A stretch of DNA of 64,000 nt from Neocallimastix sp. 'constans' (GCA_050613775.1 JBODTK010000131.1:372001-436000); one strand, 5' to 3'. Positions 12,808 through 25,888 are shown, counted from the stretch's first letter. Notes: a model not told the origin generated them from the sequence alone. Numbers and translations: made by a program.

Positions 12808-14389
12808 ATTGAACTTATTGAATAAGAATATTATATATAAAATAACTTCCGTTGTTTTATATAATAATTACATAATTACAAAATTATGTAATAGTAATAA
12901 TATGTATTAATAATTATTCACAGAATTATTAAATATTGTATATAAATTAAAGTTTAATAATATTATTATAGATTATCTTTTTTAAAAAATTTTGGAAAAA
13001 TTCTAATTATAAAGATGTTTTAAATACTTAAAAGTTTTCAACTTTATATAGTAATTAAAATAATTTAATTATTATATAATACGTTTTTAATGTTTTTAGT
13101 TTAATGATTAATATAATATAATTAAAGTTATTATTAAAAAATTCAATAAATAACATTACTAAATATTTATTTAAAAGGTATTGATAAGAAAATAACTAAT
13201 TTAATAATAAAATAAAATATTTTGATGTATATGAATTGTATTCTCATGAAATATAAATATAAATTTATCAATAATTTAAGTTAATTAAGAAATTAAAATA
13301 TATTAAAAATATATTAATAATTTAAAACTTTGTTCTTTAATAATTATAATAAAATAAATAACATGTCTTTTGTTTATTTTGAAGAGGAGAAGAAAAGTAA
13401 ACAAAAGAAAAGAAAGAGGAAATTTAATAATGAAATATTAATATTAATAAATAAAATATATAAAATTAACTAGTATAATTAATAATACGTGTTTATTAAT
13501 TATTAGTGTTATTTATAAAATTATTTTATTTTTATTTGTAGTTTACATTAAATATATTAAAAACTATTATTTATATTTAAAGGGTAAATATAAATAATAA
13601 AGGTCACTTTACAAATACTTTAAAAAGTAATAAAGTGGTCTTGTTTATATAAATTTTTCTTTAAACTAGTATGTTCAGAGAGAAATTTATCAGGTATATT
13701 TTTTTTTTTTAAAAAAAATAAATAAAATTATTTAATAAATTTAGAGTGAAATAATTTTTTATAACTAAAACTAAATATTATTAAATTTTACATTTGAATA
13801 TGACATAATACTTAATGTAATAATTCAAAATTAATGAATATAAAATAAAACAAATAAAATAAAAATTTTAAAAAATAATAGAAGTAATTATACTATGAAT
13901 ATAATATAAATTTTTTTATTTAATACATTTTAAATAGTTTATAAAATTAGTCTAATTATAATTGATAAAAAATGTAATTTAATATTTTTATAAATAATAC
14001 GTATTAAAAAAGATTTTTTCCCATAAAAATTAATATTTTTTAATTTAATACCATTTTAAATAATTATGTAAGAAAAATATAAATAAATTAAAATAAAAAT
14101 AAAAATAATAATAAAAATAAAAATAAAATAATTAGTTAAATAATATAAAAAAGAATAAAGTATTAATAAAAATTAAAACAAGATAAAATAAAAATAAAAA
14201 TAATATAAATTATTTTCTATATCCAGTTAAAAAAATTTTTTTTTTTTATTTGATAATTAATAAATTGATTTGAAATGACTAAAATTAAGTTATTTTTACA
14301 AGATGTCATTTATTATAATTTGCAATAAAAAAGAAATGAATAGAAATAATTTTATATATTATTTTTTAATAATAAAAATTTTGGGATAT

Positions 14390-14930
14390 TGTAGTAGTAC
14401 TGATGTTGTGTAGAGAAACTTTTATGATGAACGGAAATTAATCAATTATGGAACCAAATCCCACAAAAAAAAATATATGTATTTTATTATGTGATGGAAA
14501 AACCTGTACTTTTATGAATGTTCGACAATTGAATAAGAATTTGAAAATAATCTTTAAAGATCAGAGAAAAGGGGGAAGGGTCGGACAAACTCATCTTTAT
14601 GCTATTGTATTATACTACTGATTTCGAAAAATGGGATTAATTAGAAGCATTTACGAAAGTATGGCCAATATTGGATGAAAATAATAATTAAGGAATCAAT
14701 ACAATGAAAATGTTACCAAATACGGATGTTTGGAATTGGTGAAATATCTGATATAAAACGGAGCTTACATCTATTTTGATGAATACTTTTTGAAATATGC
14801 TATTAAAAATGGACATTTGGAAGTGGAGAATACCTGGTGGAAAAGGGTGTTGAATCCATGACATGTATAATAACACTTTAAGAAATACTATTGAACACAG
14901 ACATTGCGTTATTAAATCATTTTTAATCAA
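14390..14930 (+). pseudogene. Decayed gene with ankyrin repeats in its 3' part
   Basis: Reads KYGCLELVKYLI*NGAYI and KYAIKNGHLEV/EYLVEKGV across a stop and a frameshift (~14720-14850). The 5' part is paralogous to ~17470-17810. Confidence 0.7.
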
Positions 14931-15175
14931 TCACGAAACTCAATAACCATCCTTTTGAATTTATTACTTATAAAGTAGTTATTACCAAACCTGAAAAAGG
15001 TCGTATTTCAAGTTTTGAGTCTAATCAAATATCAATAGAAAAAAAAAAAAAAAAAGGAAAGAGGGACCTATTTCAAAATCAAAAAAAAAAAAATAAATAA
15101 AAAAAATATTAAAAAGAAATAATAGTAATATTAATAATAATAATAATAATAATAGTAATAATAATAGTAATAATA

Positions 15176-15223
<48 letters not shown>

Positions 15224-15535
15224 TTTACAAAAGTATGGTAAATTCTTTATAAATATTAAACATTTAACTTTTTTAATAGTAAGCATCACAAGAATATTAC
15301 ATAAAGTTATATAGAAATATAATTACTAATAAATAACCAAAATTAAAACAAAAAAAAAAAATGAAACAACTTTTTAACTATTTCTTTTTTTTTACTGAAA
15401 AAATCAATGTTTGAAAATTAAAGTTTTAAAAGGAATTCAAAAAATTTAAATAAAAAGAAAAAACAAAATTTTTTTTATAATGAATTTCCGCCATGAGTTA
15501 CTTTTTATTAAATAAATAAACAAATATATATATAT

Positions 15536-15773
15536 TGTTAGTATATGTAAAACATATGAAATTAGTCATATTTATTAAAATCATATTAAATTACTCATTG
15601 AAGCATACTAAAAATATGTCAAATATATATTGTAATAAGTTAAATGTACAAGACACAATGTAACCATATAAATACATGCAAATACCTATTAATTTAAATC
15701 TTTAGTTACTCTTTATTGTAAAATATAACAAAAATTGACATAATTATATATCACAAATTCCTGACTCTTAACA
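15536..15773. mobile_element. Solo LTR (copia-like TGTTAG...TTAACA) inserted in a (TA)n tract
   Basis: TG...CA ends, TATAT on both sides, 238 bp. A diverged relative lies in opposite orientation at ~28650-28935. Confidence 0.7.
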
Positions 15774-16449
15774 TATATATATATATATATATTTCAATAA
15801 TTAATGTTGGGTTTGAATTTTGAATTATTTAAATTTTTAAGAAAAGTCATCCTTCAAAGCCTAATTTAAAAGAAATATATTGGGAAAGGAAAATGTAAAT
15901 ATGAAAATATAGTATTCTTTTTTTATTATCATAAACCTTTTGTGAAATTGAAGAAATTAAGTTTTTTTCTAAAAAAATCAAATAATTTTAGCAATATATT
16001 TATAATAATTAATTATAATAAATTTAAAAAAAGAAAAAAAATTTTGAATATAATTAAAATGTTAATGAATGGAAATAAATAATATTAAACGTATGATTGA
16101 ATTATTGATTTAAAAAAAATTCAACTAACATTTTATTTTCTATTTATTTTTTACATTATTTACTTATTTATTATTATTATCATTATAATTTTCAAGTTAT
16201 ATCAAGCATGTAACCAAAATTTTATTATTATTTATATAAATGAAAATAAACAAATTTACAAAGTACTATAAGTTCTTTAAAAAAAAATTAAGCATTTACT
16301 TTTTCTATTAGTTGTATAAATATTGTAAAAAAAATAAAGAAATAAATACTTTATAAATAATGAAAAATGAAACAAAACAAAACATAACAAGACAAAAAAA
16401 AAAGACTTGTGGTTTTATTCCTATTTAGAATGAAGAAATAAAAAAAATT

Positions 16450-16620
16450 ATTTTATGTCTGTTGAAGTGGAAATGAATCAATAATAAAATTGTTTAGTTG
16501 AACATGTATCTGATATAAATAAAGAAGATAGGTATGATGAAATAATATTATTTGATGCCTTTGAAAGTGGAAATGAAGTCATAATAAAGTTTTTAGTTGA
16601 ACCTGGAACAAAATTAAAGG
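16450..16620 (+). pseudogene. Ankyrin-repeat gene fragment
   Basis: SGNESIIK/CLVEHVSDINKEDRYDEIILFDAFESGNEVIIKFLVEPG, with a frameshift and stops. Confidence 0.75.
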
Positions 16621-17469
16621 AAAATAGCAAACCAATATTTTTTATTGTAACAAAATCATTAATAAAATATATGAATATATTTTAAAATTAATTTAAAAAT
16701 AAACATAGCTATTGAAAAAAGATAGTTATATAAATTGTTGTAATAAAAACAAAAAAAAAATTTTAAAAATAATTGTCTAAAGAAATTGAAATACTTTAAA
16801 AATTATTTTAATAAAATATCATTTGTAATTATAATTTTAAAAGGAACACAACATGACATTATTGGATAGTAGTATTTATTCATGATCAAGAAAAAGTCAC
16901 AGAAATTAATTAAGAGAGCGTTTCTTCTATACCAATCCTACTTAATATAAACTATTTTTTTATGTGAATGATTTAAATATATATAAATGTATTATTCATT
17001 TTAATAATATACTTTACTTATCTTCTCAATGGTTAAGTCTGTAAGTAAAAAAATTAAAAAAAAAAAAAAAAAAAAAAAAAGAAAAAGAATGATTTCATTT
17101 TGTAACTTTAATTTATTTCTATTTCCAATTAGAATATTATTAATATTTTTTAAATAAAAATAATAATAACAATAAAATTATAATAATTATTATTAATTTC
17201 TGGTAATATCAGTAATGCAAACAAAATTTTATTTTAGAATAATTTACACAAGTTTAATCAATTGACTGATTATTTATAGTTAAATACTTATACCAAACAT
17301 TAAAGGTGAAATAATAACAATAAAAGCAAGTTTAATTTTTAAATTTATTTTTAGTGAATAATGAAGAAAAAATATGACAGAAATATCTAAAAAAAAAAAA
17401 ATAAGTATTATTATTAGGTTTATTATGAAAATAATTTAATTTTTTTATTTTTATCATTTATTATGTATT

Positions 17470-17810
17470 GCAGTAGTTCTGATGCTCTGTAGAGAAACTT
17501 TTACTATGATCAGAAATCAGTCGATTGTGGAAACAAATCCCATAAAAGAACAGGTGCTCAATTATATAATGTGTTGGAAAAAATGCCTTTCAATGAACAT
17601 TGGACAGTTGAATAAGAATTTAAACGATCCTTTTATAACATAAATAGAGCAAACTCATCTGTGCTTCAATATGATACAATTGATTCTAGAAAATGGAATC
17701 AGAAAGAAACATTTAAAAAAGAATACCAAAAATTAATTCAAATAATGAATACGGATTTAAAACGATGAAGAACGCTACAGGACAATGACAATTGAAAGTA
17801 GTGAAATACA
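17470..17810 (+). pseudogene. Decayed paralog of the 14390-14700 segment
   Basis: Shared anchors GTAGT.CTGATG...TGTAGAGAAACTTTTA, CAAATCCCA, TTGAATAAGAATTT, CAAACTCATCT. No intact ORF. Confidence 0.5.
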
Positions 17811-18082
17811 TGTCCCTGCCACAAGAAATTCTTTCGCCCATTGAAAATTGTATATAAATTGTGAATGGAATTTAATTAAAGAAAAAATAAAAAAAAAAAG
17901 AGGTTCTTTTTCTTCTACCAATACCAATACAAATCCAAAATATCCTTAAATTATAGAAGGATTATTTATAATAATATTCTTGTGAAGAGGTGATATTAAA
18001 ATAAAACTTTTAATGTTTAATATATACCATACAATAAACTTCATAATAAAATTTTTAACTTTTTTTTGGTGTTATTATGTTG

Positions 18083-18260
18083 TATAATATAATATAATAT
18101 AATATAATATAATATAATATAATATAATATAATATAATATAATATAATATAATATAATATAATATAATATAATATAATATAATATAATATAATATAATAT
18201 AATATAATATAATATAATATAATATAATATAATAGAATAGAATAGAATAGAATAGAATAT
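18083..18260. repeat. (AATAT)n microsatellite switching to (AATAG)n
   Basis: Directly visible pentamer array. Confidence 0.95.
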
Positions 18261-18986
18261 AATTATAATTATATTTAGTAAATAGAATAAATATATTAAA
18301 ATTTTTAATTTAAAATTTTTTTTTTTTTGGCTATTTGATTAAAAAGTTTAAAAGTTTTAAAATACAAATATACTATAATATACACCATAATATAAAATAA
18401 TATAAAATGTCATGATTATTCTGTAATATAGTGTAAATAATAATTCTTTTTTCCTTTTTTATTTTGTTTAATATACATATTATTGGATGAATTGGATGAA
18501 CAATAAAAGAAATTCTTTCTATACAAAAAGATGATTCGTTTTATCAATACTATTGTCCTATATTAAATTTTAATTTTAAAAAATGAAATATTATATTATA
18601 ATATATTTATTGAATTTAATATAATATATATTTAATAAAGAGAATAATATTATCAGATAAAATAAAAAAAAAAAAAAAATCATATTTTTAATAAAAAAAA
18701 TAAAATCACATTCTAACATTTTAATAAAAATAATATATACATATATATAAGTAATATATAAATAATAGAAAAAATAATATAAAAAATATATGATACAATA
18801 CATAATAATTTGATATGTCATGATAAATTTTTTTTTTTTTTTTTTTTTTTTTAATTTTTCTATATAAATCAAATGAATTTCTTTTTTTTATTCCCTCTGT
18901 TATTAAGGAGATACATAAAAAAAATTTTTTTATAAAGAATATTTGGTTATTAAAAGGGAATACAAAAAGGTAGTACAAAAAGGAAA

Positions 18987-19154
18987 ATGTTATTCAAGAA
19001 CTTAATAAAGATCGCAATTGGTTTAGTTTCAATTGCAGCTTTCGCCCAAGCAGACGGTTGTAAAGAAATTGAAAAAAAATTGAAAAATAAGATTGATGAA
19101 TGTGTTACTAATGGAGATTTCATTGAATTGTAAAATATGATTATATTTATATAT

Positions 19155-19211
<57 letters not shown>

Positions 19212-21262
19212 TAATACCATTTTTTGATATAATTTAATAGAGAAACTGTTGGTTATTTAGATAAGTCAGAATTAGAATATTTGCTCTCCGTTGAATCAAT
19301 TAAACGTCTGTTAGTATTAAATATTGTATTATTTTTATTATTATTATTAATCATATTTTATTGTTTTCATTAATAAAGACGAAACAAAATAAAATATTTA
19401 AAATATTAATATTAATTGTAACAGTTATAGTGAATAATAATAATTTTTTTGAAATAATAAAAATAGAAATAATTTGAATAAATATTAATATCTATATAAA
19501 AAAAAAAATTGAAAGATTATATATTAATTTTATTTTATGTTTTTTTTATACTTTTAATTTTATTTTCTTCAATATTTTTAATAGTAAAATTAAGGTTGTA
19601 GATAATGTTAAAGGTTTTGAAAAACTTAAGAACCTTGAAGATCTGTAAATATAGTTAAAATATATAAAATTATTTTATTATAATATATTTTTTTATTTTT
19701 ATTTTATTTTATATTATATTATTATTATTTATAAAATATTAATCTATTTTTAAATTTAAAAAAATTAAAAAAAAAAAAATAGTACACTTGCTGGTATTCA
19801 TTCCATTTCTGCTCTTGAGGGAATAGGAAAACTTAAAACCTTAAAGAAATTGTAAAAATCATAATCTCTATAATTAAATGTTATATAATAAAATATTATT
19901 ATTTTAATTATAAAATTATTAATATATTTAAAATTTATTTAATTTTCTAATTTACAGAAGTTTTGATGCAAATAATCAAATCACTGAATTACCAGATGAA
20001 TTAGGAGATTTAGAAAACCTTGAAATTCTGTAAATATATATATATTAAAAAAAAAATAAAAAAAAAATAAAAAATATATATATATGAATTTAAAAAATAT
20101 TTATGTATTCATAAATAAAAAAAGAAATATATATATATGTATTTAAAAAAAAAAAAAAAATATGTATATATATTTATATAAATGACTGATAAAAAGAAAT
20201 ATATATATATGTATTTAAAAAAAAAAAAAAAAAATATGTATATATATTTATATAAATGACTGATAAAAAGAAATATATATATATGTATTTAAAAAAAAAA
20301 AAAAAAAATATGTATATATATTTATATAAAAATGACTGATAACATTTTTCATTTATATGTATATATATATTTTTAGTGATATTGGAGATAATTATCTTAC
20401 TGATTTACCTAAAAGCCTTTCAAAACTTAAGAAACTTAAGAAACTGTAAAATATTTATTTTATATATTTAAAAAAATTATTTTTAATAATGTAAATAAAT
20501 GGATTAATAATGTTAACATTTATATATCTAAATTATTTAGTGATATGAGGGAAAATAACTTTGAAAAAATTCCTGAAGTAATATTTAATTTAACTGGCCT
20601 TGAAATTTTGTATGTACTTTAGTATTTAATTTTTTTTTTCCAAAATATTTTATATTTGTATAATGTTCCTAATACATTTTATTTTTTTTATTATATATAG
20701 TGATGCTGGTTCAGCTAAAATTACTAGTATTCCAAAGCAAATAAAGAATCTTCAAAATCTAACTGAATTGTAAATATATACACTTATTCATTTTATTTTT
20801 TAAAAATTATCATTTATTTGTAAATAAATAAATTATAATTATTATTTTTTTTATTTATCTATATATTTATTATCATTATTTCTAACATTTAATATTATAT
20901 TAATAATATTAATATTTTTTTTTTTTTTTTTTTTTTTTGTTTTTTAAAAAAAAATTGAAATAGTGGTATCCAAAATAACCAAGTTACCGAAGTTTCATCA
21001 GAAATTGGAAAACTTAAAAATCTTAAAGTTTTGTAAATATTTACTTGATAAAAGTTTATACATATAGATTAATAAATTATTTGTTATATATAATTGCTAA
21101 TTGTTGATAAATTTTATAGAGTTCTCACAAATAATTTACTTACAAAGATCCCAAAAGGTTTAGAATATCTTAAAAATCTTGAATACCTGTAATTATTAAT
21201 ATAATAATATAAGCATATATAATTATTTTATAATTAAAGTTATAAATGATAAAATAAATTTT

Positions 21263-21301
<39 letters not shown>

Positions 21302-22230
21302 TTTATTTTATTTTATTTTAAATATTAATCACTTTACCTTATTTTATATATAGTTATATGGATGAAAATTTAATTGACGACGAAATTCCTGAAAGTTTAA
21401 ATAGTCTTCCAAATCTTAAAGTCTTGTAAGTATTTAAAGATAATTTTTATATATAATATTATAATATTATATATATATTATATAGTATTAATGTGTAATT
21501 TTAAATTTTTTAAATTTATGTTATTATTATTAAATAATAATATATTTATTCTTATTATGTTTATATTTATGTTTTTTTTTTTTAATATACCAATGACAAT
21601 AAAAAAAAAAAAAGTTCCATTGCTGATAATAAAAAGATTAAAGGAAAGACTTTAACTAATGATAAACTTGAAGAGTGTTACTATGATAAAAATTATGATC
21701 TTTGCAAACCAAAAGATATGAAATGTTTAGAAAAAGAAGAATATGAAATTAAATCTTGTAGTGGTAATACTCCATCTAGTGATAAAATTTCTACTAATGG
21801 TAAATGTGGTGCTGAATATGGTAAATGTCCATCTGGTGAATGCTGTAGCAAATATGGTTGGTGTGGTTCTTCCGATAAGCACTGTAAAGTTGATAGTGGC
21901 TGCCAAGCTAAGTATGGAACCTGTAAAACAACTGAAAAGATTTCTACCAATGGAAGATGTGGTGCTGAATATGGTAAATGTCCATCTGGTGAATGCTGTA
22001 GCAAATATGGTTGGTGTGGTTCTTCCGATAAGCACTGTAAAGTTGATAGTGGCTGCCAAGCTAAGTATGGAACCTGTAAAACAGCTGAAAAAATTTCTAC
22101 AAATGGTAAATGTGGTGCTGAAGATGGTAAATGTCCATCCGGTGAATGCTGTAGTAAATATGGTTGGTGTGGTACTTCCGATAAGCACTGTAAAGCTGGT
22201 TGCCAAAAAGCCTTTGGTAAATGTAAATAA
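18987..22230 (+). CDS. Secreted leucine-rich-repeat protein with three C-terminal hevein/CBM18 chitin-binding domains (12 exons, ~481 aa)
   Basis: Hand-spliced exons: 18987-19129, 19241-19309, 19585-19644, 19783-19851, 19958-20029, 20377-20445, 20541-20609, 20701-20769, 20964-21032, 21120-21188, 21354-21425, 21615-22230. All introns are GT-AG, phase 2; the spliced frame is open (1446 nt). Signal-peptide-like start MLFKNLIKIAIGLVSIAAFAQA. LRRs such as NNQITELPDELGDLENLEIL. Three CG...CPSGECCSKYGWCG...HC...C modules. Confidence 0.92.
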
Positions 22231-22933
22231 AAAATTTTAATTGAATGGAAAACATTGAACATAAAAAAAAAAATCACCCACAAACATATATATATAATTA
22301 AATATATGTAATAATAATAATAATACAAAAAAAAAAAAAAAAAAAAAAAGAGCAATATCTATATATATATTTATTAATCAAAACATAAATAAGGGAAAAA
22401 AATTATATAAATTATTATATATATAAATTTTAAATATAAAATATTAATGTGGATAATAATATTATTATCCTCCTTTTTTTTTTTCCTTTTCCTTTTTTTT
22501 TTTTTTTTTTTAATTCTATTTTTAAATAAAATGAAAAGAGGAAAAGAAAGGAAAGGAAATAAAAACAATATCTATATTTACAACATATTTTATTATAATT
22601 TAACCAAAAAATCTATTATCCATTTTATTAATATATATAAAATATTATTAACAATAATAAATAATTTACTTTATAAAATGTATATACATTTTTCATTTTG
22701 ATTAAATGAAATAATAAATAGTTTTTACTCTTTATGAAATGTAAACAAGTTATTCTCTAAGTCTAAAAAATATATATATATATATATATATATATTTTCT
22801 ATTTGCTTTTATATTTTTATATTATTATAAAAAAAACTTTTCTTTTTTTTTTTTATATATTTATTTTTGTCATTTATAGTGTACTACAATAGTATTTATT
22901 GTTTATTATTTATTATTTATTATTTATTATTTA

Positions 22934-22971
<38 letters not shown>

Positions 22972-23552
22972 ATAATTTTTTATAATTTAAAAATATTTAA
23001 TTTTAACTTTAAATATCAAGATTAAATAATTTTTTAAATTTTTTTTTTATTATTATAGTTTCATTTAATTTCTTTCCTTTCAATAAATATACATGAATAT
23101 TTTTTATTTTTTAAAAATTTTAGAGTGATAGTGAAAAGATGTTTTTCGATATATTTTTTAATTTATAAATTTATCATTAAAAATTGGGAATAATATAAAA
23201 TAAAAAAAAAAAATAACATAAAATATATATATAATATTCTTTATTTTTGAAGTTTTATTTTTATTTTCAATTAAAAAATAAAACATTTAAATAAAAAAAT
23301 ATATATATATATTTATATTATATAATTTATAAAAAATAAAATTTATTAATTATTATTTAAATTTTATAATAAATACGAATTAATATTTTTTCATTTAAAT
23401 TTAGATGAAAAAAATATATATATATATTTTTAAGTTACGAAATTTTAAAGTTAAACTGAATTTTTTTTTTTTTGTTCTTATTTAATTAGATGCAGAATTC
23501 AAAATTAAAATGTAAAATAAATTAATAAATTAAAATAAAAAAAAAAAAATGA

Positions 23553-23690
23553 ATATGGATATGGATATGGATATGGATATGGATATGGATATGGATATGG
23601 ATATGGATATGGATATGGATATGGATATGGATATGGATATGGATATGGATATGGATATGGATATGGATATGGATATGGATATGGATATGG
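23553..23690. repeat. (ATATGG)n hexamer microsatellite, ~23 units
   Basis: Directly visible; it explains the MD/PY-repeat ORFs in the track. Confidence 0.95.
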
Positions 23691-24369
23691 AGGATGACAA
23701 TGCTTTATTGGCAATTATTTATAAAAAATATCGAAATCATTAAATTATTAATAGAATTTATACCTATGAAAAATTTAAAAAAAAAATTAAAATGAAAAGG
23801 ATTGAATTGGTAAATATTATATCTTTTTCTATCATAATAGATTTTATTTAAAGATATTAATAAAATCTATTATGATAGAAAAAGATAAAATATAAATGAC
23901 ATAACTTTTGATTTTAGATGAATTTATATTAACAATATGTGGCTTATACTTTTAATTTAATACAATACGTGTCAATACATTATAAATACATTTAACATTT
24001 ATTTCATATATTTCACATATTCTAACAATTTTTTATTTATTTATTTATTATTATATATTATTTATTATTTATTATTTAATTATTTATTTTTTATTTTTTA
24101 TTATTTATTATTTATTATTTATTTCATTTCTGTTAAAAATGTTTCCATTTTATCATTAATAAAATAAAAATTTAATAGAAAAAGAAATTCTTTTCCATTT
24201 TAATTGGTGTAGGTGTAACAGATGAATTGTTAAATAATTATTAATTAATTTCAATTAATTAAAATGAATAAATTACTCTATAAAATAGAGAATTAGGAAC
24301 CTTTGAAATTTTACAATTTATAACATTAATATTACCAAAATTAAAAAAAATTTTTTGGAAGCTCTTATA

Positions 24370-25560
24370 CCAATTGCCAATAAGAAAAGAAATATCCACT
24401 AAATATTTTATTAAATCTTCATCGATGTTTTCATTTCCAACAAACAATTTCTAATATTTTATTGGATTTGACCTCAGCCCCAAATAGTTTATGATATTTA
24501 GTCCAGATTCTTCTTCTCATTTACACAAGTAGCACAAAGAGGGTATTACCATTAAAATCTTCACAGTTGACATCGGCACCATTTTCCATTAAATATTTTT
24601 CGAAGAGATTCGTTTTTATAACGGCAAATATAAATTAAGGGAGAACATTTAAATCGATAGGTACGATTGATATCCGGATCCATGTTCCACTAAATATTTT
24701 ATGACGGCTTCATTTTTGCATTTGAGATCTGACATGCTCCATTTAAAGGGAAACAAAATTACTTATTCTAGTGGTTGATATCAGCCCCTTGTTCAATTAA
24801 ATATTTTATGATATTTTTTTTTTTTTTTTTTGAATTTCTCCTACAACATGCCTGTATTAAAGGTGTACAATTATATTTGTCTTCTTGGTTGACGTCAGCA
24901 CCATAAGCATTTAATTTTTTTTTTTCAATGGCCTCATGACCTTTTGCACAAGCTTCATAAAGATATTCTCCGGTATCATTTGATTGTATAACATATTTTT
25001 CATTCGATGTCATTTTTTTTTAAATTAATCATTGATATTGGTTGTTGATTTTTATATAAAGTACATAATTTAATTATGATTTCATTAATCATAAAATTTA
25101 GAATATTTAAGGAAAACATTTAATAAATTAATTTCTATTTTTTTTTCTTTTGGAATAATTTTTTAATGAAAGAAGACTCTAATACTATATCATCATTTTT
25201 TTCTGCTAAAAAAGTATTTAATTTTAAATCGGAAAGAGAGTTTATTTTATAGAGCTCGGAAAGGAATATCTACTTTCTTAAATTGGCTTATTTTCTTAAA
25301 TATATCATTATAATGAAGTGGCATTCTCAAAATATAAGACCACAACTAAAAGACCTAAATAAATTTCAATTTCTATTCATCATTTCTAAATTCACTTTTT
25401 TGAATATATCCTAGTTATCAATTGTTTTTTGCAGAAGTTTTCATCATCAAAAAAAAATCATTTCTCTTGTCCTCCTCAATTCTTTCTTTAATTATTTATA
25501 ATAATTCTTTCATTTTTAATAACTACACTTTGTGCTCTGTTTTTAATTATATGAATTTTC
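24370..25560 (-). pseudogene. Ankyrin-repeat protein pseudogene
   Basis: ORF 24768-25013 has LYEACAKGHEAI...GADVNQEDKYNCTPLIQAC...IIKYLIEQGADIN. Further repeats (VIKYLVEHG, KYLMENGADVNCEDFNGNT, LIKYLVD) continue past stops and frameshifts. The upstream boundary is uncertain. Confidence 0.8.
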
Positions 25561-25830
25561 ATAATGTTATCTTAATAATTTTAATAAATGTATTTATAAA
25601 TAAATTTAAAAAAAAAAAAATAAAAATAAAAACAATAAAAAAAAATTATTAGTTATTTATTATATAATTAAGGAAGACCATATTTAATCATAAAGAATTA
25701 AATTATACTATCAAAACAGATATATAATTGCTATAAATAATTTTTATACTCAAATATAATTTTTAATATATATATATTTATATTATTATTATCATGTATT
25801 ATGATATATTATGTTGAATGATGTATTATA

Positions 25831-25888
<58 letters not shown>

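Larger units (their letters stand above)
1..13900 (+). repeat. Tandem gene-duplication array, five units, each carrying the CaaX peptide ORF
   Basis: Recurring non-coding blocks, e.g. CCTGAATAAAGTCACCAATT at ~1768, ~4967 and (with one extra A) ~10287; ~2885-3420 matches ~7905-8440. ATG-to-ATG spacings are 3195, 2606, 2418 and 3602 bp. Boundaries are approximate and the array may continue left of the window. Confidence 0.9.

Noticed and set aside
14688..14930. 80-aa minus-strand ORF
   Set aside because: Antisense to the ankyrin remnant on the plus strand.
18591..19220. Minus-strand I/F/Y/K-rich ORFs (similar ones at 22374-22701, 29441, 38116, 41397, 48742-49030)
   Set aside because: Low-complexity products of homopolymer and microsatellite DNA with no protein-like features.
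21718..22230. Stand-alone 170-aa chitin-binding protein
   Set aside because: It is the in-frame last exon (from 21615) of the spliced LRR gene.
21693..22355. ORFs 21693-22355(-), 21727-22206(-) and 21743-22240(+)
   Set aside because: Antisense or alternate-frame shadows of the repetitive CBM18 exon.
23505..23743. PY-repeat and MD-repeat ORFs
   Set aside because: Translations of the (ATATGG)n microsatellite.
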